Shown here in pieces: positions 49,850-62,431 of a DNA stretch of 64,000 nucleotides. The stretch comes from Takakia lepidozioides (Eukaryota > Plantae > Bryophyta), in contig CM060734.1 in the NCBI GenBank assembly GCA_030704615.1, positions 25,730,001 through 25,794,000 on the forward strand. The letters are read 5' to 3'. Within the stretch, counting starts at the first letter, position 1, and each line of letters starts with the position of its first letter. The notes below the pieces were generated by a model, which was given only the letters and a program-made list of their open reading frames with translations, was not told the origin of the DNA and did not search any database. The translations under genes were made by a program, and so were the position numbers.

Positions 49850-49995
49850 TGAGGTGCATGCTCTGTGGGTCTGCCAAAGGGGCAGCCACCATGCTGGTGT
49901 GTGATCGATGCTCAAGGGGTTGGCATATGGGATGCTTGACACCACCTCTTGAGAAGGTTCCTGACGGAGATTGGTTGTGTCCACACTGCTTGGGA
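49850..49995 (+). other. PHD finger at the integrase C-terminus
   Basis: CMLC..MLVCDRCSRGWHMGCLTPPLEKVPDGDWLCPHC (C4HC3). Confidence 0.93.
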
Positions 49996-50244
49996 TAGTG
50001 GCAGTGGACATGACTGGAGGCAGCTAACAAGACATGGGGCCAAGCTCATAGGAGTCAATACATGAGATCCCAAGCTCAAGTTCACAGGTTGCAAGACGGC
50101 GACTAACGATGGGGCAACTCTTGCACCCGGCCTCTTGATCTATCGAGTTTGAGTGTAGTAGGGATAGTGGTGGAGGACTTAGTGAGGCTATGGTCACTAT
50201 CACATCTTGTGGCTACCTGGACTTAGAGGGACCTAAGCACCAGC

Positions 50245-50255
50245 TAGGGGGGCGA
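50245..50255 (+). promoter_or_regulatory. Polypurine tract of element B
   Basis: AGGGGGGCGA immediately before the TG of repeat Y1. Confidence 0.7.
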
Positions 50256-50256
50256 T

Positions 50257-50937
50257 TGTGTGGACTAGTGACTTCCATAGTGGGCAGCATAGTGGCAGCC
50301 TAGTGACTGACTAGTTGTAGCCTAGTGGTTGGACTAGTGGTGGACTAGTGGTATACTAGTGTGTGGTGTGCACATGTGTTGTGTGGTTTTGGACAGCGAT
50401 GTAGTTGTGTAGCGATATGTATGCGCACGACAGCTGTCAAGTTATTTTACCACTAGTGTGAAACTAGCTAGGAAATAGCTAGTTTTTACATATTGACATT
50501 TGGGATTGGCCCATGTCAATCCAGGGTCAAGGCAGATTTAGGCCCTGGAGTGGTATCTTCACGGCAAGCGCGAAGGCTCATCTTTCTCGAGTTGAGCCTC
50601 ACCGCGCCTAGCTATGGCGCCGTAGTGTGGATTCCCCATGGCGTGGGGTACACTTGGCTTGACTTGTATTTGAGTGATGAGGTTATATATGCATGAGTTT
50701 ATGCTTCAGATTTGTGAGCTCGTCTTGCTTGTATTCTTCTCTTTATCATTGTGTGGACTAGTGACTGCCATAGTGGGCAGCATAGTGGCAGCCTAGTGAC
50801 TGACTAGTTGTAGCCTAGTGGTGACTATAGTGGCTGGACTAGTGGTGGAGTAGTGGTATACTAGTGTGTGGTGTGCACATGTGTTGTGTGGTTTTGGACA
50901 GCGATGTAGTTGTGTAGCGATATGTATGTGCACGACA
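50257..50937 (+). repeat. 3' terminal block Y1 (50257-50432) - X2 (50435-50748) - Y2 (50750-50937) of element B
   Basis: Y1 and Y2 are direct repeats (TGTGTGGACTAG...CACGACA); X2 repeats X1. Confidence 0.92.
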
Positions 50938-50943
50938 GAGACC

Positions 50944-51160
50944 TCTGAGCACATGTGCAAGCTTTGCACCTTAAAATGGAGAAGAGGTCCAACGGTGGCA
51001 ACGTCAAATCTGTAGTGATTGTTAACAGATTCATTCCGAAAGCTTCCCTGGTGGACATGTATGTCAAAATGTGGGTATTACGAAGGATGCAAAGGAGGCT
51101 GCAGCTAAGGGGCTGAATGAAATGTTGTGTTTCATGGAGCATAGTGATGGCAGGACCTGC
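50944..51160 (+). pseudogene. PPR pseudogene, 3' remnant beyond element B
   Basis: CCCTGGTGGACATGTATGTCAAAATGTGGG matches the LVDMYAKCG repeats at 24.9-25.3k. Confidence 0.7.
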
Positions 51161-52280
51161 AAATATCACCTTGATTGCACATGAGGCAAAGCTCGTTAAT
51201 GCTTCTAACTACATTTTCTATCTTTCTCTTTCTTTGTTGTTTCATTTTCTCATTGAGTACAATTCTGAAGTTCCACTGGCCCATTACAGGTTCTTTTCAC
51301 ATGCTTGTGGAGGCCTATGTCTGGTCTATTTCCTTCCATGTTTGAGCAGTCCCTTATCATCCCTTAAGCTCTATCAATAATGTTTTTGGGGCTGCTTGTG
51401 GAGGGCTGGTAATGGGGCACCTCGCAGAGTGGGCATACTAGGGGCTCACTGCAATGGACATCATGGGATGCCTTGGAGACATGGACGCCAATGAAATTGT
51501 GGCATGGCTTTTAAAATGCCAGGAAGAGTCAGGTTAACTCTCTCTCCCTCGCTGAGATATTTTCACCCCCAATTCGCATTTCTTTCATGTGTATCTGCTG
51601 CACCAGCCATGAGCCTCATACTGTGGTGCTTTAGATCACAAGCAGTGTAGCGCATCCTCACTGTGGTTACAATGACTCTTTGTACAATGCCTGTCCAGGT
51701 AGTGGTATTGCAGGATTGGCACAAGGGCTTGGGTTGAGGCCTTCTTGTTTGTCCGGGATGAAGCGAATTAGAGAGATGGAGGATCTACGAATGAAGAGCA
51801 CGATTATCTTACAGATGCAAACAATCGCCACACCACAAATTGACCCATTTTGGATTGCCCAGGTCCAGCCAGAAATAGAAGGTGCAAACTTGAAAGGAAC
51901 TGATTTGATGATGGGGCGTTGGTGCGGGCGCCCAACAACGTGCAATGTCACTTGCAATGTCTCCCAATGGTACGACAATACTTCCCCGACCTTTTCTCTT
52001 GGGACCTGAATTGTGCTTCTCTATCTTGCCACAGCACCTTGCCTGCCTCAAATCATTTGTTTGACATGGGTGACATTGTTCATGTTTTGCGAAACATCTT
52101 GAGTTGATCATTCCAAGTAAGGAACATATTATATATGATCCCCATTCATAATTAGCACATGCTTCTTACTAACTCTTGATCACACAGGCCCGTGGTGCCT
52201 TTCCAAGATGGCACACCAACGCAGTTTTTGCTCTGTTCCTTGCTGCCGACTGGCCCTTTTTCTACAGAACCTAATTACAA

Positions 52281-55095
52281 ATGCACTATTGTTTGGAACG
52301 TACTACAACAGCAGGTCCTCAAGGACCAGCACCAACAGGAGGACCAGAGCTGCTGAAGGAATTGCGGTTGGAAGGATTGTTGCGCAAAGAGTGGTCTTTG
52401 CATCATCGGGAATTGATGATCCAGTTCATCAAGAACTTTGAGCCAAAGACGGGAGTTACCTAGGTGAAGGGCGTAGATATACAAGTTACTCCATAGTACT
52501 TGCAACAGCTTTTTGAATTACCATCTGGTAATGTGACCGTGGACGAGCACAGGGCAAGATTGCAAATAGGGGATCTTTTCCAAGAAACGAGTTTCTTCAG
52601 GAACCAAGGATTCACTTGCACCAAAGCCGAGTATCCAAGGTTGAGAGAAATTGGCCAGATACTAAACATTTTGTTGGCCATGAAACAGAACCACAGTATC
52701 TTAGCAGATCTTTTACGGAGGAGGTTCTGAAAGCTTTGAGAGGAGAGGATGTAGCTTGGGCGGAGATGATGCATAGTGGTCTGGTGGAGGAGATGAAATG
52801 ATTACAGATTACTATTGCCAAGTCCCAATTAATTGTGTCTGGCCCAATTATTGCACAGATCATCTTTGATTCTTGCTTGCTTGATGCGCAAGAACGCAAA
52901 GTAATGGGGGTGTTTGAGGCCGCCACAACTGCAGTTGAGGAGCAAGGCTCTTCACAAGGTGAAGGAGGATTAGAGAGGCAACACTCGTCAAAGAGACAGA
53001 AGAGCGACGCACCGGTAATGGCTGATCCACTGACCACAAGGAACCCTCACGATGATGTTTCCATAGCTCCGGCGTAGGATGGGGTGCAGCAGCACAATGG
53101 GCTGTTATTACTCGAAGCACGGCCATTAGAGAGGGAGACAAAAGTCACTTCAGTACCACAACCAGCACAGCAAGCTGACCAAGTTGCCCCAGTGGTAACT
53201 CAGACTGGACTTGCTGTTACATCAGAACCTCTTACTGTGGAGAGAGAGGATTGGACATCCCCACTACAGAGCAAGTAGTGGCGGAAATTGAGAAGGCACT
53301 CTCTATGAAAACTCTGGCATGGTCGGAGACCCTATGGTACCAAAGATGCAAAGTCTACCCAAGGAAATCCCTGCTGTGTAGGTTATGCCCAAACCTGTGG
53401 CGGAGGTTGAAGGGGTAAAGGGCAAGGGTATTGCAGCACCTGTGGAAGATGAGGTTGCTCAAGAAGAAGATCTTATGGGATCATGGCCTGATTGGTTTGT
53501 GAAACATCAAACTGTAGAGAATCAAGAAGAACAGCAGCAGATTTTCCATGAAGACCCACAGCAGGCCATGCTCATGAGTTCCATAAGCAGGACTCTCAAT
53601 CTGTTGGGCACCTATGTCAAGACTCATGTTCCTTCCACTCAATTGGCAGCTTTGCTGGAGGAGCTCAAGCAAGAGTTGAGGCATGCAATTGCCACTGAGT
53701 GTGCAAACAAGGTGGATGTGGAGGCCAATCTCAAGTTGCAGAAAGAGTTGGAGGACACTAAAGTTGCCCTACAGCTTGTGAAGGAAAATTTAATTGAAGC
53801 AGGTCTTGAGCAGGAGAAGTTGCATGAAGTGTATAAGCAGCAGCTATACCAGATGCAAGTTCAGCATGAGGGCAAGTTGCATGAAGTGAAGTTGCTTCAT
53901 ACAGAATTGGAGCAGTCCATCAGAAAATGATCATACAGTGTGCCACACTAACGACTAATCTGGAGATGGCTGCACTCGAAGTCAAGAACCAAGCTGAGAG
54001 ATGTATAACGGCGGAGACAGAGGCACTAGAGTAGGGGAAACTCATTGCGGACATGAAGGTTACTATATGTCGCAATGAAGATACGCTTCAGCAGTTGCAC
54101 CAGGTTGATGTCCAGAAGGACAGGTACATCTTTGAGTTGCAGCAAACCATCACAATACGACAATGAACTTTCTGTGAGTGTAAAAGCTTGGAAAGAAGCC
54201 AATAATCTGTCAGTTGCCTATGCAGCTCTGGTTGAGCCTCATGCAAAACGCATGGAGAATTTGCAACAACAATTGGAAGCATACAGGCTCAAGGAGGAGC
54301 AAGATCTCCGTGGTGTTACACGGGACTTGGTAGATAATCATCTTTTGCAAAAGTGGTTAACACAAGGGCCGGTGGAAGGGAAAGCACTAAGAAAGCTCAC
54401 CCAAGACGAGATAAATGATCTCAGGCTACGGGTGCAGAACATTGCCACAACCACTATAGACAATGTCTATAGTCGGATAGCTGAGTTACAGGAGGATATA
54501 GAAGGGCTGGAGACTCAAGTGGATGACTTGAACTCTAACATTGACAAAAGGGCCTTTGTTCCTGAGGAACAGCTCATGGCTACTTATTTGCACGCAAGGA
54601 CTTTGATTTTCCAATCTTCAGCACAGGAAGTGCAGGACTTGCCACCATCAGGAGGGACTGTGGCAACAACATCACAACAACCACATCACGTTGATAGTGT
54701 TGATACCATGGCACTGCAGCAATCACTGTCTGAGGTTTGGGGTGATGCTTCTTTAAACCCACCTACTACTCCTGCTGCACTTGAATACAATCAGGCTATG
54801 ATTCTACCCTTCAACCAAATTCCCATTGTTATGGATTTGGCTTGGAAAGAATTCAGTCCTCCATAGTCTTTGGCACACTATTACCAGATTATGCGCATTT
54901 GGTTGCCAGTGACAACTCGGACTAAAGTTCTTCCAACTGACAGACCCATTGAAGATCACCATTTTGCGCGGTACTGGTCTGAGGCAGGAACCATGCTGAA
55001 GGAATTAATTGCCTTCCAGATTGTTCATGGATTCATTTACACCAAGATCAAGGAGGTACCTAGTTTGGTCATGGGTTGTGGACTGTATTATGCTG
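52281..55095 (+). pseudogene. Long decayed ORF, probably a retroelement extra ORF (Athila/transposon-protein-like N-part plus coiled coil)
   Basis: Chain of ORF pieces separated by single stops. LMIQFIKNF...VKGVDIQVT..LQQLFELP resembles plant transposon extra-ORF domains; a heptad-rich segment lies at 53.6-54.5k. Confidence 0.45.
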
Positions 55096-58000
55096 TGTTA
55101 GAGGGCTGTCTGGGACTTAGACAGTTTTATGGATTCTGTGGCGTACCCTTAATTTTTGTGCAGACTTACGGATGGTAGACTTAGACCACCACAGGCCTTA
55201 GGGGTGGTAGACAGGCTTAACACAGTCAGTCATAGTCTTACATAGTTAGACACAACTTGACATAGTTTGTCACAGTCTGACACAGCCTTACACAGCCTAT
55301 CACAGTTTATCGCAGCCTATTATAGTTTATCACAGCCTGACACAGCCCGACACAGTTAGCCACAGTCCGACACAGCTTTACACAGCCAGTCACAGCTCGG
55401 CACAGCCAGTCACAGCCGACACAGTTTGGCACAGCCCGTCACAACATTCGCAGGGAACGACTGTGTGGGAACGACATCTGCAGAGGGAACGTGTATTTTG
55501 TCTAGATGACAGTTAGTTAGTTAGGCAGTTAGAACAACTTGCAGGTAGAAAATGCAGAGTAGCAATGGGGAGATGACACTTTTTTTGGCATCACGACTTG
55601 GCCATCGGGGAGAGAAGACGATCTTGGAGCACAGGGAATAGAGATTACACATACGAACTGTTGATGCTTGATTCATGGAAGCTATAGAGTTGCACTGTAG
55701 AGCAGACTAGAGACACCATGGCTTCGGCTTGATACTTGATAAATCTTAATCTGATACATATTCCATACTCACACTGTGTAGAGAGACCTAAGTGAAGCTG
55801 TGGAATGAATGGATGAGTGATTGGAACCTGGTAGATTGCTGAAGCAATCTGATACTTAAATATAACAATAAGGTAACTTGTTGACATGAAGGCAAGAAGG
55901 AATACAAACAGGAAGCACTCCCATGATACACTAGTTGTAGGTCATGACTGATTGTTCTGAGCGGGCTGAGTGCTTAGAGATATCCAACTCTTCTATCTTG
56001 GAGTTCCCACCTCGGATAGCGAAGGGATGGGTGAGTAAAAGCCGCTCGACATTTGGCAACCACACTGGGGAACTGAGTCAAGAACAACCAGATGTGACAT
56101 GCATCTGGTGGGATCATGGTGGATGGAGAATTAAAGAATTTGATGTGAATCAAATTCCCTGTGAAACTGAGAAAGAAAGATTGTCCAAACAATTCTTTCA
56201 GAGGTTCTTGGAATATGCAGATCCAGAGTGGGGTTTGGAGAAATGAGTGATAAAGATTTATCAAGTGGCCTTTAGAGGGAGAGCAAGTTGGTTACCAACA
56301 TTGGTTTATGTGATAGCATTGCTATCCATTAAACGAGTGGAGTTTGAAGGTTGGGAAGAACGGAAAGTGAATGTTTACACTCATATGCATGAAGAACTTG
56401 AACTGGTAAAGAATTGGATTCCTAAGGATATCATGTGGATCAAACTTACACCAAGAACAGCTTTTCAGACGTGCTTGCCATATGGTTATATGGTAACGGA
56501 GACTTCTAGTATAGCCAAGGGTGCATTAAAGCTTGAAAGAAATCCAGGCATACACGAGAGATACTACATAAGAGAGTTTTGGTTATTGCCTCATTAAAGA
56601 TATGAAATACATAGGACATGAGTGATGAAAGGGAAGCTAGACTCCACAGATATTCAGCAAAAAAAGAAAGTTCTTTGAAAGCTAATTATCCATATCTCTG
56701 GGAGAGAGGAATAGACATAGGGGAATCATCTGGACCTCTCACACCATTAAGGCCAGAGAGTACATCGCCCATACCAGAAGAAGCAGAATTGGAAGCCACT
56801 CCTTTTTATTCTTTACAAGAAAGATTAAGGGATTTGGTATAGGAAGAAGATCAGCCACGAGGGGAGAGATCTGAGGTACATCCCTGGATTAAAGATTTGA
56901 CGGAAATCTTTGATTAGAGTTGGCATGGGACACCAAAAGCAGGAACTCCAATTTTTGAATCACAAGACAAAGAAGGAGAGGAAGATGTTACAGAGCCAAC
57001 GGAGAGTTCAGACTCTCCAACACCACTTCAGTTGAGTTATATGAGTGAGGAAGAGGAAATCCAAGAGAAGAACTTGGAAGATGAAAACAGAGAGAAGAAT
57101 TTGGAAAGATGAAGAGTATGAAGAAGTAGACCCAACAGTTGAGGTTGAGACTACAACCAGGACATCCCAACCTGTTGGACCTAGATCAAGTGGAGCACTT
57201 GGATCACAGGCCAACAAAGGTGTCGGCTCAGGGGGATCAGGCGGGCAGCTTGGATCTGGCTTTGGGGGGACAGGGAGTGTGGGAAGTAGTGCAACTGGAG
57301 CTGGGGATACTGTAAGTACAGAAGGGCTAGTAGCAGGGAGTGCTCAGGGGCCAACACTTGGTGGGAGTTCTACCACAGATGGCGGTACCTCCAACATGGG
57401 CAAAACCACCTTTTCCAATATATGCAGGAAAAAGAGATCCTGATGTACACATTAGCCAATTTGAGCACATGTGTATTGTGAACAATGAGAATGGCGATGA
57501 TGCCAAGATGAGACTGTTTCCTTGTTCACTTATCAAGAAAGCAAGTGAATGGTATGCAAGATTTTCTAATAATCATTTCCTAACCTGGAATGGCCTTAGT
57601 ACAACATTCCGAAATAGGTTCAGGACAAGCAAAACTGAGGATGAAGTGTATGGGAGTTTACAACATTTAAGGCAAAGGAAGCATGAAACTATTGAAGAGT
57701 ACATGGAAAAGATGGAGTTAATGATGAAAAAGTTGGTTGCTGTATCAGAACCAGGATTACAGAAGACCTGGTTTGTGAGTGGACTAAGACCTGAATTACA
57801 AAAGAAAGTGGATATGCTACCTCATAATACAGTGGATGAGGCATTCAAAACAGCCAACAAAATTGAGCAATTGGGAATGCTAAGGAGAGATAAAAGGGAT
57901 GATGAGGACTCTGAAGAGGAGTCAGATGAGGAAGAAGAGCAAGAGCTAAGGAGGAAGAGCAAGAAGAAGGAAAAGTTGAAGAGGGACAACTATGAAAAAA

Positions 58001-61000
58001 GATTGGAATAAATCTTGAAAAAATACGCCACGGAGGCTGCAACACATTGGAGGAAGGGTGTTTGGTGTGCAAAGTGCCAAAATGAAGGCCATACCACAGC
58101 TGAATGTCACATGAAGGAGAAACATTGTACTATCTGTAAAATGGATAACCATTCTACTGAGAATTGTTATTACAATAGAAGGACAGCTACAAGAGAACTT
58201 AGGCAAGTGAGGGTGCATTAAGTGCAACCCCAGCCAAGAAGAAACAATGACCAGGACCACTATGGTAGGCCTGGTGGATATAACAATGGTATGGTAGGAA
58301 GAGGTAATCCAAGAGGGAATTACCAAGGCAATCCCAGAGGCAGCTATCAGGGTAATCCAAGGGGTAATTACCAGTCAGGGAATCAGGATTATAGAAATAA
58401 TCCCAAAATAGACCAAGGGCGAGGACCCAATGGTGAAGAACTGTGTTACTATTGTAACCAGGCAGGACATCGCAAAGCAGCCTGTCCATTCTGGATCAGA
58501 CACCAAAATGAGATGAGAGCTCCTGTGAACGAAGGCCCAGTAGTGGCAGCTCACATTGTTAGGCCATGTTCTGTACCAGAAGTAAGTACAATGATAGTTA
58601 CCAGAAGCAAAGCTAAGCTAATACCTCCAGTGGATGAGGAAGAAGATGTAAATGAAGATGGCAGTGATGTGCCTGAAGATGGCTTGGAGAGATGAGAAGG
58701 AACTGCACAAGGAAGTGGCTGATATCATAAGGGAAATGCAGAAGAATATTGTTATCCCTATGGCAGATTCTTCTCACTCTGATAGAGAAGATGAAGAGGG
58801 TGAAGATGAAGTGAAGCAAGAAGCTGCACAAGTGCAGGGTAATGAAGGGACTTTGGCTGAAGTGGTATGCCAGTCCAAAGCTGAGATTACCATTGGACAG
58901 CTATTGGTTGTGCACCTCATTGTAGGCACAGGCTGTATCAAGCAATCAATCAGATTGTTCATGTGACAGAGAACACAGACCTGAACAGCAAGGTGACAAG
59001 TTATAATGTGAAGCTTGAAGGGCGAGAAACAGTCATGGACTTTGATGATTCTATGCCAGTAATCCAGTTAAGAATTGGAAGCACAGACTGGACTGATGTA
59101 CTGATAGATGGAGGCTCGGGAGTGAATATTATGACAGACCAGTTAAGGTAGAAGTTCGATCTAAGTAACATGAAACCAGCCCCATTCACAGTAACAATGG
59201 CAGATCAAAGGAGTGTATAGCCATTGGGCTTGATAAGAGGAGTTAAGATACAGATCCAGAAGATGATCTTTAAGATCACAGTGACTGTGTTGAAAATGGA
59301 TGATGTTATGGAAGCTTACTCCTTATTGCTGGGTCGACCATGGCTGAAACAGGCTAGGGTATTCCATGACTGGAATTCCCAGTTACTTACTGTGCATGAT
59401 GGGAGGCACAAGATACAGGTCACCACTAAGAAATCTTGTAGGCTACCTGCTACCAGAAGACCTCGTGGAGTCAGAGAGTATGTTTGGAGGTGAGGACTTG
59501 ATGAGGAGCAGGAAGCTACCCTGTTTGTTGCATACCCGGAGTGGGAGCAGGTTGCAGAAATGCAAGTGGGAGGCGTGAGTTGCTTTAAAGGTATCTGCTG
59601 TGGTGCAGTAACAGCAACACCAATTGAGGGGGAAACAAGTAGTTACCCACCACATTTCTATGAGGAAATGGAAGGAGAAATGGAAATCCTAGAAGAACCA
59701 GCCACTGTGAGTTTACAGGATGAAGTAGTGGCTGGATGGACAATCACAGCTGAAGAGCAGGTGAGAGAAGTGAATGTGGGAACTGAGGAGGAACCAAGAA
59801 TGGTGAAAGTGGGGGCTGACTTGGAGCCAGAATTCTTTGAGGAAGCTAAGAGCCTGTTCATCAAATACTGAGATGTATTTGCTTGGAGCTATGAGGATCT
59901 GAAAGGGATACCACCTGAGATATGTCAGCATAAGATTGAACTGGAACCAGGGTCAGGATCGATTAAACATGCAAGGTATAGGATGAATCCTAACTATGCA
60001 CAGAAGGTTGGGGAAGAGATCAAGAAGCTGGTTGAGGCTAAGTTCATATACCCGATAGAGTATACAATTTGGCTATCACCTATTGTGATAGTTCCCAAGA
60101 AGAATGGCAAACTGAGAGTTTGTCTGAACTATAAGAAGTTGAATGCTTGTACAAAGAAATATCCCTTTCCTTTGCCATTCACAGAAGCTGTACTGGACAC
60201 TGTGGTAGGCCATGAGATGTACTCATTCATGGATGGCTTCAATGAGTATAACCAAGTGCAAGTGGCGGAAGAAGACCAGGGAAAGACAGCTTTTATCACA
60301 GACTGGGGTGCTTATGCATACAAAGTCATGCCTTTTGGACTTTGTAATGCACCAGCAACTTTTCAGAGAGTGATAAGTGAATCCTTCCATGAGTATTTGG
60401 ATGATTTCATGCAAGTGTTCTTAGATGACTTTAGTGTGTACAGCTCTAAGAATGAGCACTTGTAAAAGTTGGAGTTGTGTTTGGCCAGATGCAGGATAAG
60501 AGGTCTTGGTCCGAATCCAGAAAAGTGTACTTTCTGTATGAACTCAGGGGTACTTCTGGGACACATTGTGTGTAAGAAGGGACTGCTTGTGGATCCTAGA
60601 AAGACAGAGGCTATTAAAGCCTCACCACCACCAAGTAACGTTAAGGGTCTAAGGAGGTTCCTTGGACAAACTACTTATTATAGAAGGTTTGTCAGACGAT
60701 AAGCACAGATGGCAGCGCCATTGAGCAAGCTTTTGAAGAAGGATGCGGTGTTTGCATGGACAGCTGAATATCAACAGGCATTTGAAGCACTTACATTGTC
60801 AGTAACAACTACACCTATGTTGATTAACCCTCATTGGCATGTAGTATTTCATGTACACTGTGATGCCTCAGGAGAAGCATTGGGAGCTGTGTTAGCCCAG
60901 AATGTCACAGGAAATATAGATTCACCTGTGTACTATGCTAGCAGATTGTTGAACAGTGCGGAGAGGAACTATAGCACTACTGAAAGAGAATGATTTATGT

Positions 61001-61368
61001 AGTTAAGAAATTCAGGCATTACCTATTGGGAAGGAAGTTTATGTTTTATGTGGATCATCAAGCTTTGATTTATCTGGTGAACAAGCCTTTGATAAGTGGC
61101 AGGATAGCTGGATGATAATCTTGCACGAGTTTGAATTCGAAGTTGTTTACAAGCCTAGCCGTTTGCATCTTGTGGCAGATCACTTGTCACAGCTATCAAC
61201 AGGAGAGGCCGCCACGGGAGTAGACGACCACTTGCCTGATGCGAGTTTATTTGCAGTGGAAGTACAGGGAAGTGCAGATGATTGGTTAGATTAGCAATGG
61301 CCAATCAGATACTACCTTACTCATGGTCAGTGCCCACCTAGTTATGGGAAGAAACAGATGAAGAGAAT
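55096..61368 (+). mobile_element. Family A copy 2: leader, ORF0, gag, PR, RT, RNase H; truncated at the start of integrase
   Basis: Starts TGTTAGAGGG (inverse of the window end). RT 59983-60465 (SPIVIVPKKNG, MPFGLCNAP, FLDDF) and RNase H (HCDASG, NYSTTERE); many stops. Confidence 0.9.
55220..55445. repeat. 10-bp CACAGCC-type minisatellite in the family A leader
   Basis: CACAG(C/T)xxxx units in tandem. Confidence 0.85.
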
Positions 61369-62431
61369 CCTGCCTTTGGTGTTCCATGCCAACTCTTATC
61401 AAAGATTTCTGTCAAATCTTTTATCTAGGGATGTACCTCAGATCTTTCACCTCGTGGTTGATCTTCTTCCTGTACCAATTCCCTTAATCTTTCTTGCAAA
61501 GAAAAAGAAGGAATGGCATCCAACTCTAGTTCTTCCGGTATGGGTGATGTACTCTCTGATCTTAATGGTGTACCGCCATCTGTGGCCCTACACCCTACCC
61601 ACTGACAGGTGCTGGTCCTCCCGTTGGTGTTGGTCCTTGGGGATCTGTTGTTGTAGTGGTGAGTCTCCCACCAGTTGTTGGCCCCTGAGCACTCCCTTCT
61701 ATTGGCCCCTCTATACTCACAGTATTCCCAGCTCCAGTTGCACTACTTCCCACACTCCCTGTCCCCCCAAAGCCAGATCCAAGCTGCCTGCCTGATCCCC
61801 CTGAGCCGACACCTTTGTTGGCCTGTGATCCAAGTGCTCCACTTGATCCAGGTCCAACAGGTTGGGATGTCCTAGTTGTAGTCTCAACCTCAACTGTATG
61901 GTCTACTTCCTCATACTCTTCGTCTTCCAATTTCTTCTCTCTGTTTTCATCTTCCAAGTTCTTTTCTTGGATTTCTTCTTCCTCACATGTAACTCAACTG
62001 GAGTGGTGTGGGAGAGTCTGAACTCTCCGTTGGTTCTGCCACATCTTCCTCTCCCTCTTTATCTTGTGATTAGGAAACTGGAGTTCCTGCCTTTGGTGTC
62101 CCATGCCAACTCTTATCAAAGATTTCTGTCAAATCTTTTATCCAAGGATGTACCTCAGATCTCTCCCCTCGTGGCTAATCTTCTTCCTGTACCAAATCCC
62201 TTAATCTTTCTTGTAAAGAATAAGAAGGAGTGGCATCCAACTCTGGTTCCTCCGGTATGGGTGATGTACTCTTTGATCTTAATGGTGTGAGAGGTCCAGA
62301 TGATTCCCCTATGTCTATTCCTCTCTCCCAAAGATATGGATAATTAGCTTTCAGATAACTTTCTATTTTTGCTGAATATCTCTGGAGTCTAGCTTCTCTT
62401 TCATCACTCATGTCCCATGTCTTTCATTTCT

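Larger units (their letters stand above)
44880..49998 (+). pseudogene. pol: Element B pol: protease, C5-DNMT, RT, RNase H, integrase, PHD; heavily frameshifted
   Basis: VLLDSGAQ (~44940); CGDYRPVN, LPFGLKNAPAEFQR and YIDD (~47567); WSLDFAGP, TDQGREF and GLAER. Confidence 0.9.
25565..50937 (+). mobile_element. Ty3/gypsy retrotransposon family B with C5-methyltransferase and PHD finger and split terminal repeats; interrupted by MULE-2
   Basis: Runs TGTC...GACA with duplicated GAGACC at 25559-25564 and 50938-50943, splitting the PPR pseudogene. Contains gag, PR, DNMT, RT, RNase H, IN, PHD and a PPT. Confidence 0.88.

Noticed and set aside
25565-50937. Calling element B a DIRS/Ngaro tyrosine-recombinase retroelement because of its split repeats
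   Set aside because: No tyrosine recombinase motifs seen; a protease, DDE integrase, PPT and TSD are present.
55586-55600. TGGCATCACG as a tRNA primer binding site for family A
   Set aside because: Not conserved at the equivalent position of copy 3; LTR limits of family A could not be defined.
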